Position numbers and translations under genes: made by a program. DNA of 64,000 bases. Source: Spizellomyces punctatus DAOM BR117. Its lineage: Eukaryota. Where the stretch lies: NCBI GenBank assembly GCA_000182565.2, contig KQ257456.1. One strand, written 5' to 3'. Of the stretch, positions 1-13,041 are shown one piece after another. The notes beneath the pieces were generated by a model. The model worked only from the letters and a program-made list of their open reading frames with translations, was not told the origin of the DNA and did not search any database. Each line of letters begins with the position of its first letter. Position 1 is the first letter of the stretch.

Positions 1-4
1 GGAT

Positions 5-703
5 TTGAGGTATTCGACAGCTATTGATCTCTCAAAGTTTCTCTCTTTAATTCTCAATGGTACACCATCTGGCTTACCTATTCTCCAAGAAGCCACTATC
101 GCGGAATGGACCCGGCCTGTTACTCTCCTTCCTGACAGTCGCACGGGGTTTGCTCTCGGTTGGGAACTTATTGGGATACCTAACACCCCATATATGCTGA
201 TCACTAAATCGGGCTTATGGGGTCACAAATCGCACATTGCCTTTCACCCTCCCACCAATATCGGGGTCATTCTACTTGCAGGCGATACGGCCATCGATCT
301 CATCAGCCTTGGATCAAACTTTTTCTCAACATTGATTCCTATTGTGGAAAACATACACACAACTGCAGTCCGCAATCTCTATGCTGGCACTTATGTATGT
401 CCATCTGTCGGTAGTATTACGGTAGACGCAATCCCAGGTTCTGGCCTCTTCTTTGCCCAGGACAGAGGAACAGTGACGGCTTACGCGAATCTTCTCCCAA
501 AGAACACGACGGAAAATAGTTTTTGGGTCTCGTTTGTCACAGCTGCAGACTGTCTTGCGGTTGCGTGGCAAATTTCTTCATTCCCACACTCTGATGGTGA
601 ACCCGATGGCCTCGAAGTCTTCTTTGAATTTCAAAAAGCTGGATCACCGACCCTATTCCATTGGCCAAGTAACAATCTCACGTGTATCAAAGACAAGAGT
701 TAG
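5..703 (+). CDS. C-terminal part of a beta-lactamase/serine-hydrolase (class C/AmpC-like fold) family protein; 5' end lies outside the window
   Basis: ORF is open from the window edge. YSTAIDLSKFL, GFALGW and ITKSGLWGHKSHIAF..TNIGVILL resemble the C-terminal HxG/KTG region of this family. Confidence 0.65.
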   Translation: MRYSTAIDLSKFLSLILNGTPSGLPILQEATIAEWTRPVTLLPDSRTGFALGWELIGIPNTPYMLITKSGLWGHKSHIAFHPPTNIGVILLAGDTAIDLISLGSNFFSTLIPIVENIHTTAVRNLYAGTYVCPSVGSITVDAIPGSGLFFAQDRGTVTAYANLLPKNTTENSFWVSFVTAADCLAVAWQISSFPHSDGEPDGLEVFFEFQKAGSPTLFHWPSNNLTCIKDKS

Positions 704-1563
704 GGACATCTGGTCATACCCCACGATATTAGAATCAACATAGCCCATTTGTGGCAACGAGCATAAATTAAGTCACAAGAGATCGACGTCAAATACAACA
801 AATGTTATTTTGTATCTCGTACTCTTCACTGTATTTCGGCCGTATCAGGTATAATTGTGATTTTTACGCAATCGGCACCAGGACACTCACAGTAATTGAA
901 TTTCACAGTCAAAGCAACTGATGAATATATTTCCTTTCTATGACTTTTTCAGTTGCATAGAGTGATCCATCTAAACGTGTGCAGCAAATGGAACTGAATA
1001 GTATTAGTACTTCAGTTCTTACCGTTATAGTTGCTTATGTGAAAACAGCAATCCGACAACTGAAGTTCGTTATAAAGGAGGCGTGAAGTTGTTGCTCTCT
1101 ATCCAAACGGTATCTTCTGGCTACGGCTTTATTAGCTGTCTCGCGAAAATAATACATTTTCACTAGTCCAACGCACGAGAAGAATTTATAGCTAATCGAG
1201 CGAGTAGTAAAGTCTACGTAAACCATCACAAATATCATCCATTCATTGTGCTGCCGATGCCAGCTAGCGTTTATCTGCAAGGTGAAGTCAACATTTGTCC
1301 TGTCTTTCTACAAGATACCTAACGACTCAACATAAATCAAAGGTGATGCATCATACTCGACATAGGAGCAGTCTTCGTATTCAGACTGCCTCCAATTTGT
1401 CGGCTATCGAGCGGACCATTGCATTACAACTCTTGCCTTTGCATGTTCCCGCTTGAAAGTCACGTGACACGACGCAGGAAATCCGCTTGCACTCTACGTA
1501 CGCATCTTTAGCTTTTCAGCTGCATAGCTTTGACCTTGTTTTGAGAACAACCAGAGTCTAGCA

Positions 1564-2758
1564 ATGCGCATCATTTCACTACAGCCGAGCGGAGACCTGA
1601 CTCTTTCCACTGACGCGATCAAGCCTTCACCACGACCAAACCACATACTTGTACGCGTCAAAGCCTTTGCAGTGAACCGGCAAGATTTGAAAACAGGACC
1701 AAGCGTGAAAGACGCGGGCGTTGAATGCGTTGGGAGCGTGGAAGATACCGGTGGTGTGAAGGGCCTTCGAGTGGGTGCAACAGTGGCCGTTCTTAGCTTT
1801 GGAGAAGGCGGTCTATGGAAAGAGTGAGTACGATGGCAGCGAGAATTTGCCGCATTGCTGTGCTTAAAGCGCCTGTATAGCAACTCTGCCGTCTTTCATG
1901 ATGTGGAATTTACTTTTGCTTGGGAAGAGGACAGTGCATGGTACGGTGCTAACCTAATTCTGTTGCAGTTATTGCCTTGTCCCCGCAAAATGTGTCATCC
2001 CGCTTCAGGTATCTCCACCAACACCCGGTTCCCCTCTTGATCCAGCCACATGGGCCAAGTTAGCAGCTATTCCTTTAACCTTCCTTACCGCATTCGGTAT
2101 CCTGGATAATCTGGATCTTCGAAAACATGACCGACTCTTGATTCGAGGCGGTACATCATCGATTGGCCTCACAATAGCAACCGTTGCAAAAGCCCTTGGT
2201 GCGGTTGTAGCAGCTACGACGCGAGATCCAACAAAAGCGCCCAACCTTTCAGAAAATGGAGCAGACTTTGTCATATTGGAACGTGAGGGAGGAATCAAGG
2301 ATGATGTCCGGATGATGTTTGCGTCCAAGGAAACGTTCAGCTCGACGGACGAGTTATCTACACCTACATTGAGTACAACGCGAATAAACGACTCTGCGGG
2401 TGCCGACAAGTGCGTTGACTTGCTGGGTGTTGGCACAGTTCAAGATTCTCTCCTCGCTTTGAAAAGTCCAGGTGGCATATGCTGCCTCGCTGGTACTTTG
2501 GGTGGATCTGAACCTACCACATTCAACCCCATGAAAGATATACCGTCTGGTGTTTATCTGACGACATTCGCGGTGGATCGCGTAGATATGGGACGAGTGC
2601 CATTGCAGGAAATTGTGGATCGAGTGCTAGAGAGAGGGGAGTATAGATTGAATTTGGATAGAATATTTGGCTTGGAAGATCTTGACAAGGTGAAAGATTA
2701 CGTTGAAGGAAACAAGGCGAGAGGGAAGGTGGTAGTGGTTCTTCCTAATGAATTGTAA
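1564..2758 (+). CDS. MDR-superfamily NADPH:quinone oxidoreductase-like / zinc-type alcohol dehydrogenase-like protein (1 intron, ~1824-1968)
   Basis: VRVKAFAVNRQD, GVECVGSV, LIRGGTSSIG nucleotide-binding motif and C-terminal ARGKVVV. Intron GTGAGT...TTGCAG restores the frame. Confidence 0.85.
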
Positions 2759-3030
2759 ATATAAGCTCTTTGGTTGCCTTCCTTCGTATCTAGTCACGTG
2801 ATCACATGAGTCCATCACTGTGATGTCAAAGGCATTCCCCCGTCGATCGCAGGGGACGACGCCAAAATGACGAAATTAGCCTGCATATTGCTAAATATCG
2901 ATATGATGGGAGCAAATATAAAGAGTATCCCGACGGTCTTGTCGGCGAGTTAATTTGATTGCGAATAAAGTCGATATTACAAGTCTCATTTACTGTAGTT
3001 TGGCATACACTTTGAACTCAAATCACCATC

Positions 3031-4142
3031 ATGCCTGTTGAACAGTATCAACAAGGACAAGTTCCTCCCGTCCAGGTAAAAAAGCTTAATGTTCGTTTTC
3101 AATTAGCCATTGCTGAACCTTGAATAGCATCAAAAAGCTCCTGGACTCCAATCCAAGATGGAGCCCAACCCCTTAAGTTCCACGTTACCATCGTCGACCG
3201 ATGAAGGTCAAGTGACACTGGAGAGGTACAAGGCAGCTGGGAAATTGGAGGGAAAAGCAGCATTGATTACCGGGGGAGATTCTGGTATCGGTACGTCTTT
3301 GACTTTCGATTTGAGCCGAGTTTGATTTTCAAATAACTAATATATGCAAACGTCATCTCAGGTCGTGCAGTTGCGGTTTTGTTTGCAATGGAAGGCGCCG
3401 ATGTCGCCATTTCCTACCTCTCAGCAGAGGAATCCGATGCCCGAGACACTCAGGCGGAGGTCCAAAAACTGGCCCCTGGTCGTAAATGTGTCCTGATTCC
3501 TGCTGACCTGTCCAAGGGTGAGCAGACATGCAAGGAAGTGGTAGACAAGGCCGTGAAGGAATTGGGCAAGTTGGATTGCTTGGTCAATAATGCTGCAACG
3601 CAGCAAGAGGTAGAGGGCATTCAGGATCTAACAGAGTAAGTTTCTTCGTAATGAAAGTAAATGACCCGGGATTGAAGCTGATGAATTGTTTTATCGTTAG
3701 AAACCAAATCGAAACAACCTTCAAGGTCAATATTTTCTCGCAATTCTACTTGTCAAAGGCCGCCCTCAGATACTTTGAGGGACGGCAAGGGTGTACAATC
3801 ATCAACACCACTTCCGTCAACCATTTTATGGGACATCCTACACTGTTGGATTATACATCCACCAAGGGAGCCATTGTTGCATTCACAAGATCCTTGGCTG
3901 GTCAACTTGCCGAGAAGGGCATTCGCGTCAACTGCGTAGCTCCCGGTCCCATCTGGACTCCACTCATTGTCTCCACAATGACTGATGAGAGTAAGAAAAC
4001 TTTTGGCTCGAGTGTTCCAATGAAGCGTGCCGGCCAGCCCGTGGAAGTGGCAACATGTTTTGTGTTCCTCGCGTCAGCGGATTCCAGTTACATATCTGGA
4101 CAAACACTCCATCCTAATGGAGGCAAAGTAGTCAATGGCTAA
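3031..4142 (+). CDS. Short-chain dehydrogenase/reductase, YdaD/YhxC (general stress protein 39)-like; 3 introns
   Basis: YKAAGKLEGKAALITGGDSGIGR, LVNNAA, catalytic YTSTK, RVNCVAPGPIWTP and SSYISGQTLHPNGG. Introns at ~3076-3128, 3291-3361 and 3636-3700. Confidence 0.92.
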
Positions 4143-4471
4143 GATAGTTGCGAGAAATGTCCAATCGCATGTCTGTAAAAAACATTGAAATTCTGAAAAA
4201 CTTGGGCAGTTGAAAAAAGAAAATCGTGCCGCATGGATGGCTGTTTTACTAAGCCACTCGTCTGGGGCCTTTTCTCATTTGCAAGCGATTCATGATAAGA
4301 AGAGCCTCAGTTTTCTTTCCCCGCCAGTCAACCTCATCCGCTTCCATTGCCATCCCTCTTGACCTTGCTTTCGCTTGCCCTTTGGCGTAACTCGTACTCC
4401 TGCTTGCACTCTACAACACTAGTGCACACTCAGTCTACCGTCCTACATCATCAACCATCTCTACAATCGTG

Positions 4472-6085
4472 ATGTTCCGCAACGTGCCCAGGACGGCGCT
4501 TCCCGTCGCTCGGTGTTTAAGGGCTAGTGCCGGACGCGCTACCGTAAGTATTGGCAGCGAGGGCAAATGGGATTTGCATTTGGAATTATACGAGCAAGGC
4601 CCATCGAGATTTGCCAACGCGATTGTTTGATTCTTTGCGATTCTGTAGATTGCAGGTACTCGTATCCCCACTGTCCGCCATTTCGGCACAACTGAAACCA
4701 AGACTGCGTTACCCCCGACAGATGGAGTAGGGATCTTTTTTCGCTGCCGGCTGAAGCGGTGAATTTTGCTGACGAACCTCGTTTTGCTATATAGGTCTTT
4801 GTTCCAGGCACTGTGTATGGCGGTCAATATACCGTGACTCTCATCCCCGGTGATGGTATTGGTCTTGAGATGGCCACTGCAGTAAAAACTATCTTTAAGG
4901 CTGCACATGTTCCAATTGAATGGGAACAGTTCGATTTGTCTGGGTATACGAAGAAGGATGAAGGCTTGTTGAAGCAAGCCATGGATTCAATTAGGCGAAA
5001 CAGGGTTGCCTTGAAGGGTAGGTTTACCTTAGTACTGCCTTGCCTAGTCAGTTCTGGAGAAAACTCTGTAACGTATCGTGATAGGTATCCTTTACACTCC
5101 CGTATCACGCTTGGGACACAGCTCCTTGAACGTTTTCCTGCGTAAGGATCTAGACATCTACGCCTCTACCTCCATCATTCAGAACCTTCCCGGAAGCTGG
5201 CCTACCCGCCACAAGAACGTCAACTTTGCGATCATCCGTGAGAACACTGAGGGAGAGTACTCGGGGCTTGAACACACTGTGAGTTGACTTTACATGAACA
5301 CATGAACGCTTATAATCCGAAGACTGATTACTTTTGCCCATGTAGCCGGTTGCTGGTGTTGTAGAGTCATTGAAGGTTGTTACCCGCGCAAAGACCGAAC
5401 GCATTGCCAAGTATGCGTTCGACTTTGCTCTGAAGAATGGCAGGAAGAAGGTCACTGCCATTCACAAGGCCAACATCATGTAAGTGTTGGCATGCTCTCA
5501 TTTGCAGGCTGCCTTGTGTTAATTATCGCGAGCAGGAAATTGGGTGACGGTCTGTTCTTGAATGTGTGCCGCGAAGTTGCAAAGAAGTATGAAAGCTCTG
5601 GTATCCAATTCAATGACATGATCGTGGACAATGCTTCGATGCAGCTGGTGTCCAAGCCCAGCCAGTTTGATGTTATCGTCTGTGGTAACTTGTACGGAAA
5701 CATTTTGTCAAATGTTGGTGCGGCCATTGTTGGCGGTCCTGGTATCGTCCCTGGAGCCAACTTTGGAAGCAACTATGCTGTGTTTGAGCCTGGATGTCGT
5801 CACGTCGGCAAGGATATCCAGGGCCGCAACACAGCGAACCCCACTGCTCTCCTCCTTTCCTCCATTCACATGCTCCGTCACCTTGGTCTTGAGGATCACG
5901 CCAACCGTATCTCGCATGCATTGATGAAGGTTATCAAGGAGAGCAAGGTGCTGACGCCTGACCTTGGTGGCGCCCACAGCACTACCGACTTTACTCTCGC
6001 AGTCATGTATGTTGATTTTTATTATTCTTATCATGAACGACCCATGCTTACCAGTATTTCCATCCTAAATAGTGGCAACCTCTGA
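4472..6085 (+). CDS. IDH1: Mitochondrial NAD-dependent isocitrate dehydrogenase subunit 1 (regulatory); multi-intron
   Basis: [62 protein letters not shown]; Arg-rich presequence [14 protein letters not shown]. Confidence 0.93.
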
Positions 6086-6671
6086 ATGATTGGTATCATA
6101 GCTGGTGGACTGTGTTCCCTTTTTTATTTTTATTACAAACCCTGCCCGATACCATTAGTCATCGTTATTCGCACTTTCTTACCTAAAAATACAAAATGGC
6201 TCTTTTGCAAAATGTTTTTTTTTTTGACTGCGCGGCAGAAGTGTGTTTTTTGACCCGCCAGCGCACAGCCCGTTTGTTTTGAATTCGCCGATCATCCGCT
6301 TGAAGAACACGAAACACTTTCTGCGGAGGGACTTCTCCGCTTTTGAAGATCAAAAAACAAGTAAAAAATTTATTTATCTCATTTACTCCTTTTGATATAT
6401 ATAGTCACGTGCCTAATTATGCAGTTTAAGATTTCTTGATGAGCGTTTTGTTTCTCCATCCTTTCCACAAGAGGTTTCGCTTGGAGTTTTGTCGAAAAAC
6501 AAACGTCTTTCCATCATACGGACTCGTAGAAAACGAAACTGGAAGGCGATCCTCGGAGACCGTTGAAATGACTGCCCCGCCGACGATTGTGTCCTTTCCT
6601 CACTCAATAGTGTGACTTTTTATTGCAGGACTCTTTAATATCAATGCTTGGAGGGCTTGGGGGTGAATATT

Positions 6672-9600
6672 ATGGATTTACGTGAAGCGTTCGTTGCTGA
6701 GCATGTACGAAAAGTAGCAGGGAAGGGGTTGACGACGTACCCTTTTATGGAAAAGTTTGATAATGGGGCTGTTGCGATTATTGATGTCTCTGGTGCGTTA
6801 GGGACTCGAGTGTGTTGAAAATATCGTGGTATCCATTAACTGGCAAATTTTTGTATAGGATACTCGACGCTGGCCTCATTTCTACAAGACCGCTATGGTG
6901 CCGATAGTGGCGCTAGGATTCAAAGTTTATTGAATCCCCATTTTTCTGGAATTATTGATGCAGTACATAGACATGCTGGCAGTGTGGTCAAGTTTGCGGG
7001 AGATAGTTTGGTTGCGGTGTGGACCGCTCCGACAGCCGACAAGGCAAACTCTAAAATCCTGACCGTTGATCCTGATAACCATCCTGTCGAACTCCATCCT
7101 ACCGAGGACGGTATGAACTACCCAGCCCATACCGCGGATTCATTTGGAGATATTGCGTCCGCGTTTCTCTGCTGTTTGGAACTTTTATTAATGGTGGATG
7201 TGTTGGAGCGAGATGTTGAAGGAGGTGCCACATCTCCCGAGCAGCAGATCTTGCAAGGAGTGACAATGCATATAGGATTGGGCTGCGGGGTTACGAACCA
7301 CGTACACGTTGGGAAGCCGGGAGCTACTTGCGAGGTGTGTCAAGTAATGAGTTGCAAGTTTGAGGAAGTGCTAACCCGCCTGTTGGTAGTACTTTGTAAC
7401 TGGAACAGCGGCACGCCAAGCATCTGTGATGCTCGACGTAGCTCGAAAGAACGAGCTTGCCATTTCCAAAGATTGCTGGAATGCGATACAACGCGAATTT
7501 CAAACGTCTTGCCCGTTAGCCGCTACTCGTATGCTGGAGCAATTGGTCAATCCCATTATTCGTGACGAGTCAGTTATCATTCGCTCGGATATCTTCGCGG
7601 ACAACTATGTGCGTCATTCCCTGACATGGCTTTTGAGTCTTTTCACGGGAATCCTTCCTTCCTCACCAAGCGAGCTCAACCTCTTCCGCGGAGCTGATGG
7701 ACGACGGTACGAAGAGTATATCAACGCCAGTATTGTGCATCACCTGTCCGGCGATTCTGTACGGATCATTTCGGAAAGCAACGAACTTCGGAAATGTGCC
7801 ATTGCCTTCGTGCGGTTATCTGGAGATCTGGCAGCCAAAACATCTGGGAACGACGTCGAAGGACTGCGCATAGCGCAGGATGTCATGGAGATCGTTACCG
7901 AGACGCTTGATATATTCAACGGCTGTTTGAGACAGTTCAACGTTGATGACAAAGGGCCGACATTGCTACTGGTGTGGGGAGTGGAAAGATTTGCACATGA
8001 AAAGGGCGAGGCGCCATTTGCACTGCACGCAGCATTAAGAATCAAGCGAAAGCTGGCAAGAAGATTTGGAGGCGGATTCTCCATTGGAGTGTCTCAAGGA
8101 GTCATCTTCTCGGGCGTGATAGGGTCTCTGAACAGAAGGTGCGTACATTTAGATGGTCATTGGACAAGTCCGCATGCGTATTGATTGCTTCATGCATTAT
8201 CCGTGCTTTCAGCGATCACACTATCCTTGGTGTTGCTGGTATGTACATAAAAGTTATCTGCATGGTTTGATCGTTGAACTCATCTTGTTGATGTTCTCTT
8301 GAAAGTGAACGAAGCTGCAAGGCTAATGTGTCACCCCCTTGCTGAGAATGGGATCCTTGCCACAGAAGATATATACAGAGACTGCAAGGATCAGTTTGTC
8401 TTTGAAGGGGAATCTCATGTCATTGGTATCAAAGGTGGGAAACGTGGCTGTAATAGTGTGCTCCCATTTTATTTTTAACCACTTATCCTATCAGGTTCCC
8501 TTAACCCTAAACGTGTCCATTTCCCTATTCGTGCGATAAGAACCCGTCCTAGGAAACCTACGCAGCGACATAGTGTGTGCGAACCAGCATCTCCAGGACA
8601 GCTGATCGGCCGAAAGCACGAGAAGAACATTATACGTGAGACCGTTAGTGATTGGGCGCAAGGTGCCGGCCCTACCCTTGTCATTCATGGTACAACGGGG
8701 ACGGGCAAGACAGTTTTGGGAGATTACCTGATCGAGGAGGCGGAAAAAGTGCCTAATAGCATTGTCTGGTAAGGTTTCTAGCGGGTCTATCAGTAATGAA
8801 ATTGAACGGTACATTAACTGCTAGCAACATTATTTTACAATAGTTTGGGTCGCTCCAATGAGACGCTAAAATATGTTCCATTTTACGCGGTTAGCGTCAT
8901 GCTCACGACGTTATTTGCTGAGTTGGATCTCGAAGAGTTGGCAAAGCGCGCTCGCGAATACCGACGGAAGACAGTGAAACAACGTGAATGTGTATGTTAT
9001 TCTCGACAGGCGACTGGTACTCCTGGAGGACTCTGCCCACATCATCAGACCGATGTCAACACAGAGCGCTTAGCTAGATATCGTAGTCTTGACACTTTAG
9101 GAGCAATCAGTTCAGGCACGGAGCTCCTTACCGCTCCTGAAAATCAGGCAGACCACGTCGACACTCGTCCACCCCCCGGATCACGGAGGAAGTCTTTTAA
9201 CTCACCTGGAGGCGTCAGGAATGGCAGTGCTCTATGGATTCCACCGGTGTGGGGGGAGACTGACAAGCAGGCAATGATGGAACGGGGTGAAGACGAGGAT
9301 GATGAAATGCTTAATCCCCAAACATCTCTTCCTCCTGGGTTTGCCTTACGACGTGGCAGCGTAGCGCCAGAACCCGAGATGCTCACCTGGTTTGGAGGTC
9401 TGGGGGATGAAAAGGTTGTGTGCGGACCAGAATGCGATCATTCTCCTGATAAGAATGCTGCAGATGTTCTCTGCGAAGATAAATGTGTACATAAGCCTAT
9501 GACGAAAAACTGGGTCATTAAGATGATGCAGAGCTTATCGACAAAGGTGGAAAAAGTCATGCAATTGCTTGGAGAGGATCCAAAATCGTTACCACTGGTG

Positions 9601-12600
9601 CGTTTGTTGTTATTTGAGAAATACTATGCCCAAGTACTTATCGTTAGCTATCATGTAGCTGAACGACTTGATACCTGTCCAGTACCACGCGACGCCCTTT
9701 ACCGCTAACCTACACGGCAATGATCGGAAAATGCAAATCACGAACCTCATAGTTTCAGTAATGAACAAACTGACTCTGAACATGGAGATACCACTTTGCC
9801 TGGTATTGGACGATGCTCAATGGACGGATTCGATAGGATGCCACCTCATAGGAGATATTTCGAGACGATGCCCAAAAGTTTTTGTTGCTATTTTGACGCG
9901 CCCAGTGACCGAGTATACGTGCACTGTTCTCGCGCGCGCTATGGAGCGCGTACAGACAGGCGGCGTCCAGGGAGTTGATGTGGATAACGATGGGCACAAA
10001 AGTGGAAGGGTACCGGCTTTTGTGGTTGAATCGGGTGAGACGGCCGTGCCTGCCACGGTCATCGAACTAGGTGGATTGAATGTAAAGCAGACGGGCAAGC
10101 TATTACTGCAGATTGTGAAGGGGAAATTCCAGGCAGAAATGATTGAAACAAGGCTCGTCGAGGAAATCTACCGACGAACGTCGGGAAATCCGGTCATGAT
10201 AGAGATGTTGGGACACAGCATGCTCGACCGGCTGGATTTGACGGTGCAAGATAACGTTTTGCGAGTAGCGAACTGCAAGGCTATTGCAAGCATTGGGGAG
10301 CTGCTACCTGTTGATGCTCAATCAGCAGTAATCGCACAGCTTGATCGAACCTCTTCGACTATGCGTCATGTGCTCTTGGTTGCATCAGTTGCGGGACAAT
10401 ATTTCCATTTGCACACTTTAGCAGAAATGCTAATCCGTAACCCGGTGAAAGAGCTAACCGACTTTGGACTGGAAACGAAAGAAGGTAGACAACGTCTTCT
10501 CAAGTTTCTGCAAGCGAATGATGTGTTCCATTTCCTGGAGTACACGTGGAAGGCCCAGCCTGATACTGATAGCGAGGAATCCGAAAGATCCATGAAAGAA
10601 CAATGCATGCAGATATCCTTTCACCATTACGTAGTGCATCAGAGTATTTACGGCACCCTAGTCCCCGAACGCCGAGCCCAACTGCATGCGAACTACGCAG
10701 AGTATTATGCGGGGGTCCTGCAGAACTGCGATCTTACCGAAGGTGGCGAACGTGATGGAGTCGTCGCTGCTTGCATTCTTCATCTGGACCATTGCCCTAG
10801 CCATGTCAGTCCGACCCTCCAGATAACGATTGCCGAGCAAGCATTCAGGATGTACGCGACTCGAGCGATTAATTCTGAAGCGTTCAAAGCGTATGAGCGG
10901 TTGGCCCGACTCATAGAAACGCATCCAGATGCCGCCTCCGAAGTCCTCGATCCCGTTCAGAGAGTCAGCGTTTATCGCTGGATGTGCGAGCTCAGCTCGG
11001 CGGAAGTTGACTACCCAAATGCTTGGAATCATTTTTCCCGTGCACTGAAAGAATTGGGCTTTGTACTCCCGAAGGCTAAGAGCATTGGATGGATTGAAAC
11101 TGTAGCGAGACAGTAAGTTTCATTAAGATACAGTTGCGTTTTCCTCGTCGTGCCAAGATGGAATGGAAAGTCTAATATCTGCTTTGCAGAATCTACACTT
11201 TCTACTCTTTACAACGAGTGGAATCATCGGGGGGTAAGAGGAGCAAATTAGCCCTCAAAGCATTAGGGTACGTATATATTCTCAGTCTTTCCACTATCTA
11301 TTTGTAACTCTAATGCGGCATTGTTTCATCTTTACAGGACTATTTTCCCCCGCTATGCACAGGAGCCGGACCTCCTCTACCGCATTGCTGATGAGTGCCT
11401 GGAACTCTTCGACGTCACAATGCATGTCACGGTTCACCTCAACGACATCCTCTCCTTTGCGCTCGTTCTCTTTCTCATGATCAACATTGCGGAATGCCTC
11501 CGGGATGTAGCACCCACGAAGCTTAGTGTCGCGTATGGCAAACTAGGAATGACTCTCCAGACAATCGGATTCCCCGATCTTGCTCAGTCATATATTGAAA
11601 AGGCGGAGACTTTGGTGAAGCGAAACTGGTCGTCAGTATCTGGCAGAGAGAAGGCCAGGCTTCTCGGTCGAATCGCAATTATGGCGTATGCTCGTGCAGA
11701 CTGGGCGCAAACGGAAAAGGATGTGGAAATAGTTTTGGGCATCTTGCGCAGGGACGGGGCTGAGGCATCTAGGTGAGTGTCGCTAACACTGGAGCCATTT
11801 ATGATGTTCGAGCATCCTAAATGTCCTCTATGTTCATAGGGAGGCCATCGACATGTACAACGTCCAACTGGGCGTGCTTTCCATACATGGGAATCTGACC
11901 AAGTTTCTAGAAGGTTTGCACGCAGAGCATTCATGTACGAACATTTTGCAGAATTGGTAACCTTTTTCTACTTTTCTATAGTCGCAGAACAGTACTACCG
12001 GGTGGCTGTCGACGTGGATGTTGAGTCGCCTCATACGCAGCGTACTTCGATGTGCATAGCATATGCATACTGGTCGCTCGGACGCCCTTTGGAAGATGTG
12101 TCGCGCTGGTATGAACTTTCCCGGGCCCAATTGCTCCGCATCGAAGCCGCCCGCCGAACAGGTGCGACGATTGGGTTCGGTCTGGATTTCACCCTTATCA
12201 ATGCGGGATATTTTCTACGCTTGCTGATCGGACGCCTTCATCTTGTCTTGTGGGGCGATGGCGGATGGGAGAACGGGAGAGATATTGCGGACAATGGAGC
12301 AAAGTTAAGAAATAAAATCTTAACGATGGCCGAAGAGCTGATTAGTATCATGGAAAAGTTGGAATCCGGCATGTATTACCTTGCGGCGATGAATTGGCTG
12401 TTTGTGGGCGTACTTGTCGATTGGGCCTGTCTAATCACGGAGGGTTTAAAGAAAGGCGACAAGGTGAGCCATCTGAAACAGCAGAATGTAACATTTGCAT
12501 TTTCTAACCATTGTGGTCCGGTCTTTACTAGACGCTGGAACGTGATCGGCACCTCTGCCGCAAACTGGTGAACTGTATCATTCGCCTTGTATCCCAGTCT

Positions 12601-13041
12601 GTTCGGTCCCTGCCACAAAGTCGATTTTCCCTCCATTATTGCCGTGGTGCACTGCGCCTATTATCGAACGACCCGCAGGGAGCTGTCTCGGCATGGGAAA
12701 GGCACATCGCCGATATCAAATCTAACCCACGCGCGACCGAGTTCCAGCGAGCAGTCCTTGCTGCCCGCATTGTGCGCGTTCGCCATGTATTTGAATTGGA
12801 CAACACCGAAAGAAAACCCAAGTTAAACATTTGGAGAAAGCTGAAGAAAAAGGTTAAGAAAACAATTGCGCAAATCTGCCCACTCCAGCGACGGAAGAGG
12901 AAGAACCAGGCGTGCCCGCTCGCTGACCTGGGAGAAGAAACAGAGGATTACGCAGCATCCGCACGACGTACATTCAAGAGTTTGGGAAATGTTTGGGAGC
13001 GCACTCTCTTGGATCGCTATGGCGGAGCTGGCAAGGATTGA
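6672..13041 (+). CDS. ADCY10 (soluble adenylyl cyclase)-type protein: two class III cyclase domains + STAND/AAA P-loop NTPase + C-terminal helical (TPR-like) region; ~10 introns
   Basis: C1: IIDVSGYS and VVKFAGDS. C2: LRQFNVDDKG and RSDHTILGVAVNEAARLM (assembled via micro-exon 8213-8238). NTPase: LIGRKHE, Walker A GTTGTGKT, Walker B LVLDDAQWTD, SGNP, QLDR..VASVAG, FHH. Confidence 0.88.

Noticed and set aside
5..6085. Hydrolase + MDR + SDR + IDH1 as a metabolic or biosynthetic cluster
   Set aside because: No backbone enzyme, transporter or shared pathway; these are common families in a gene-dense genome.
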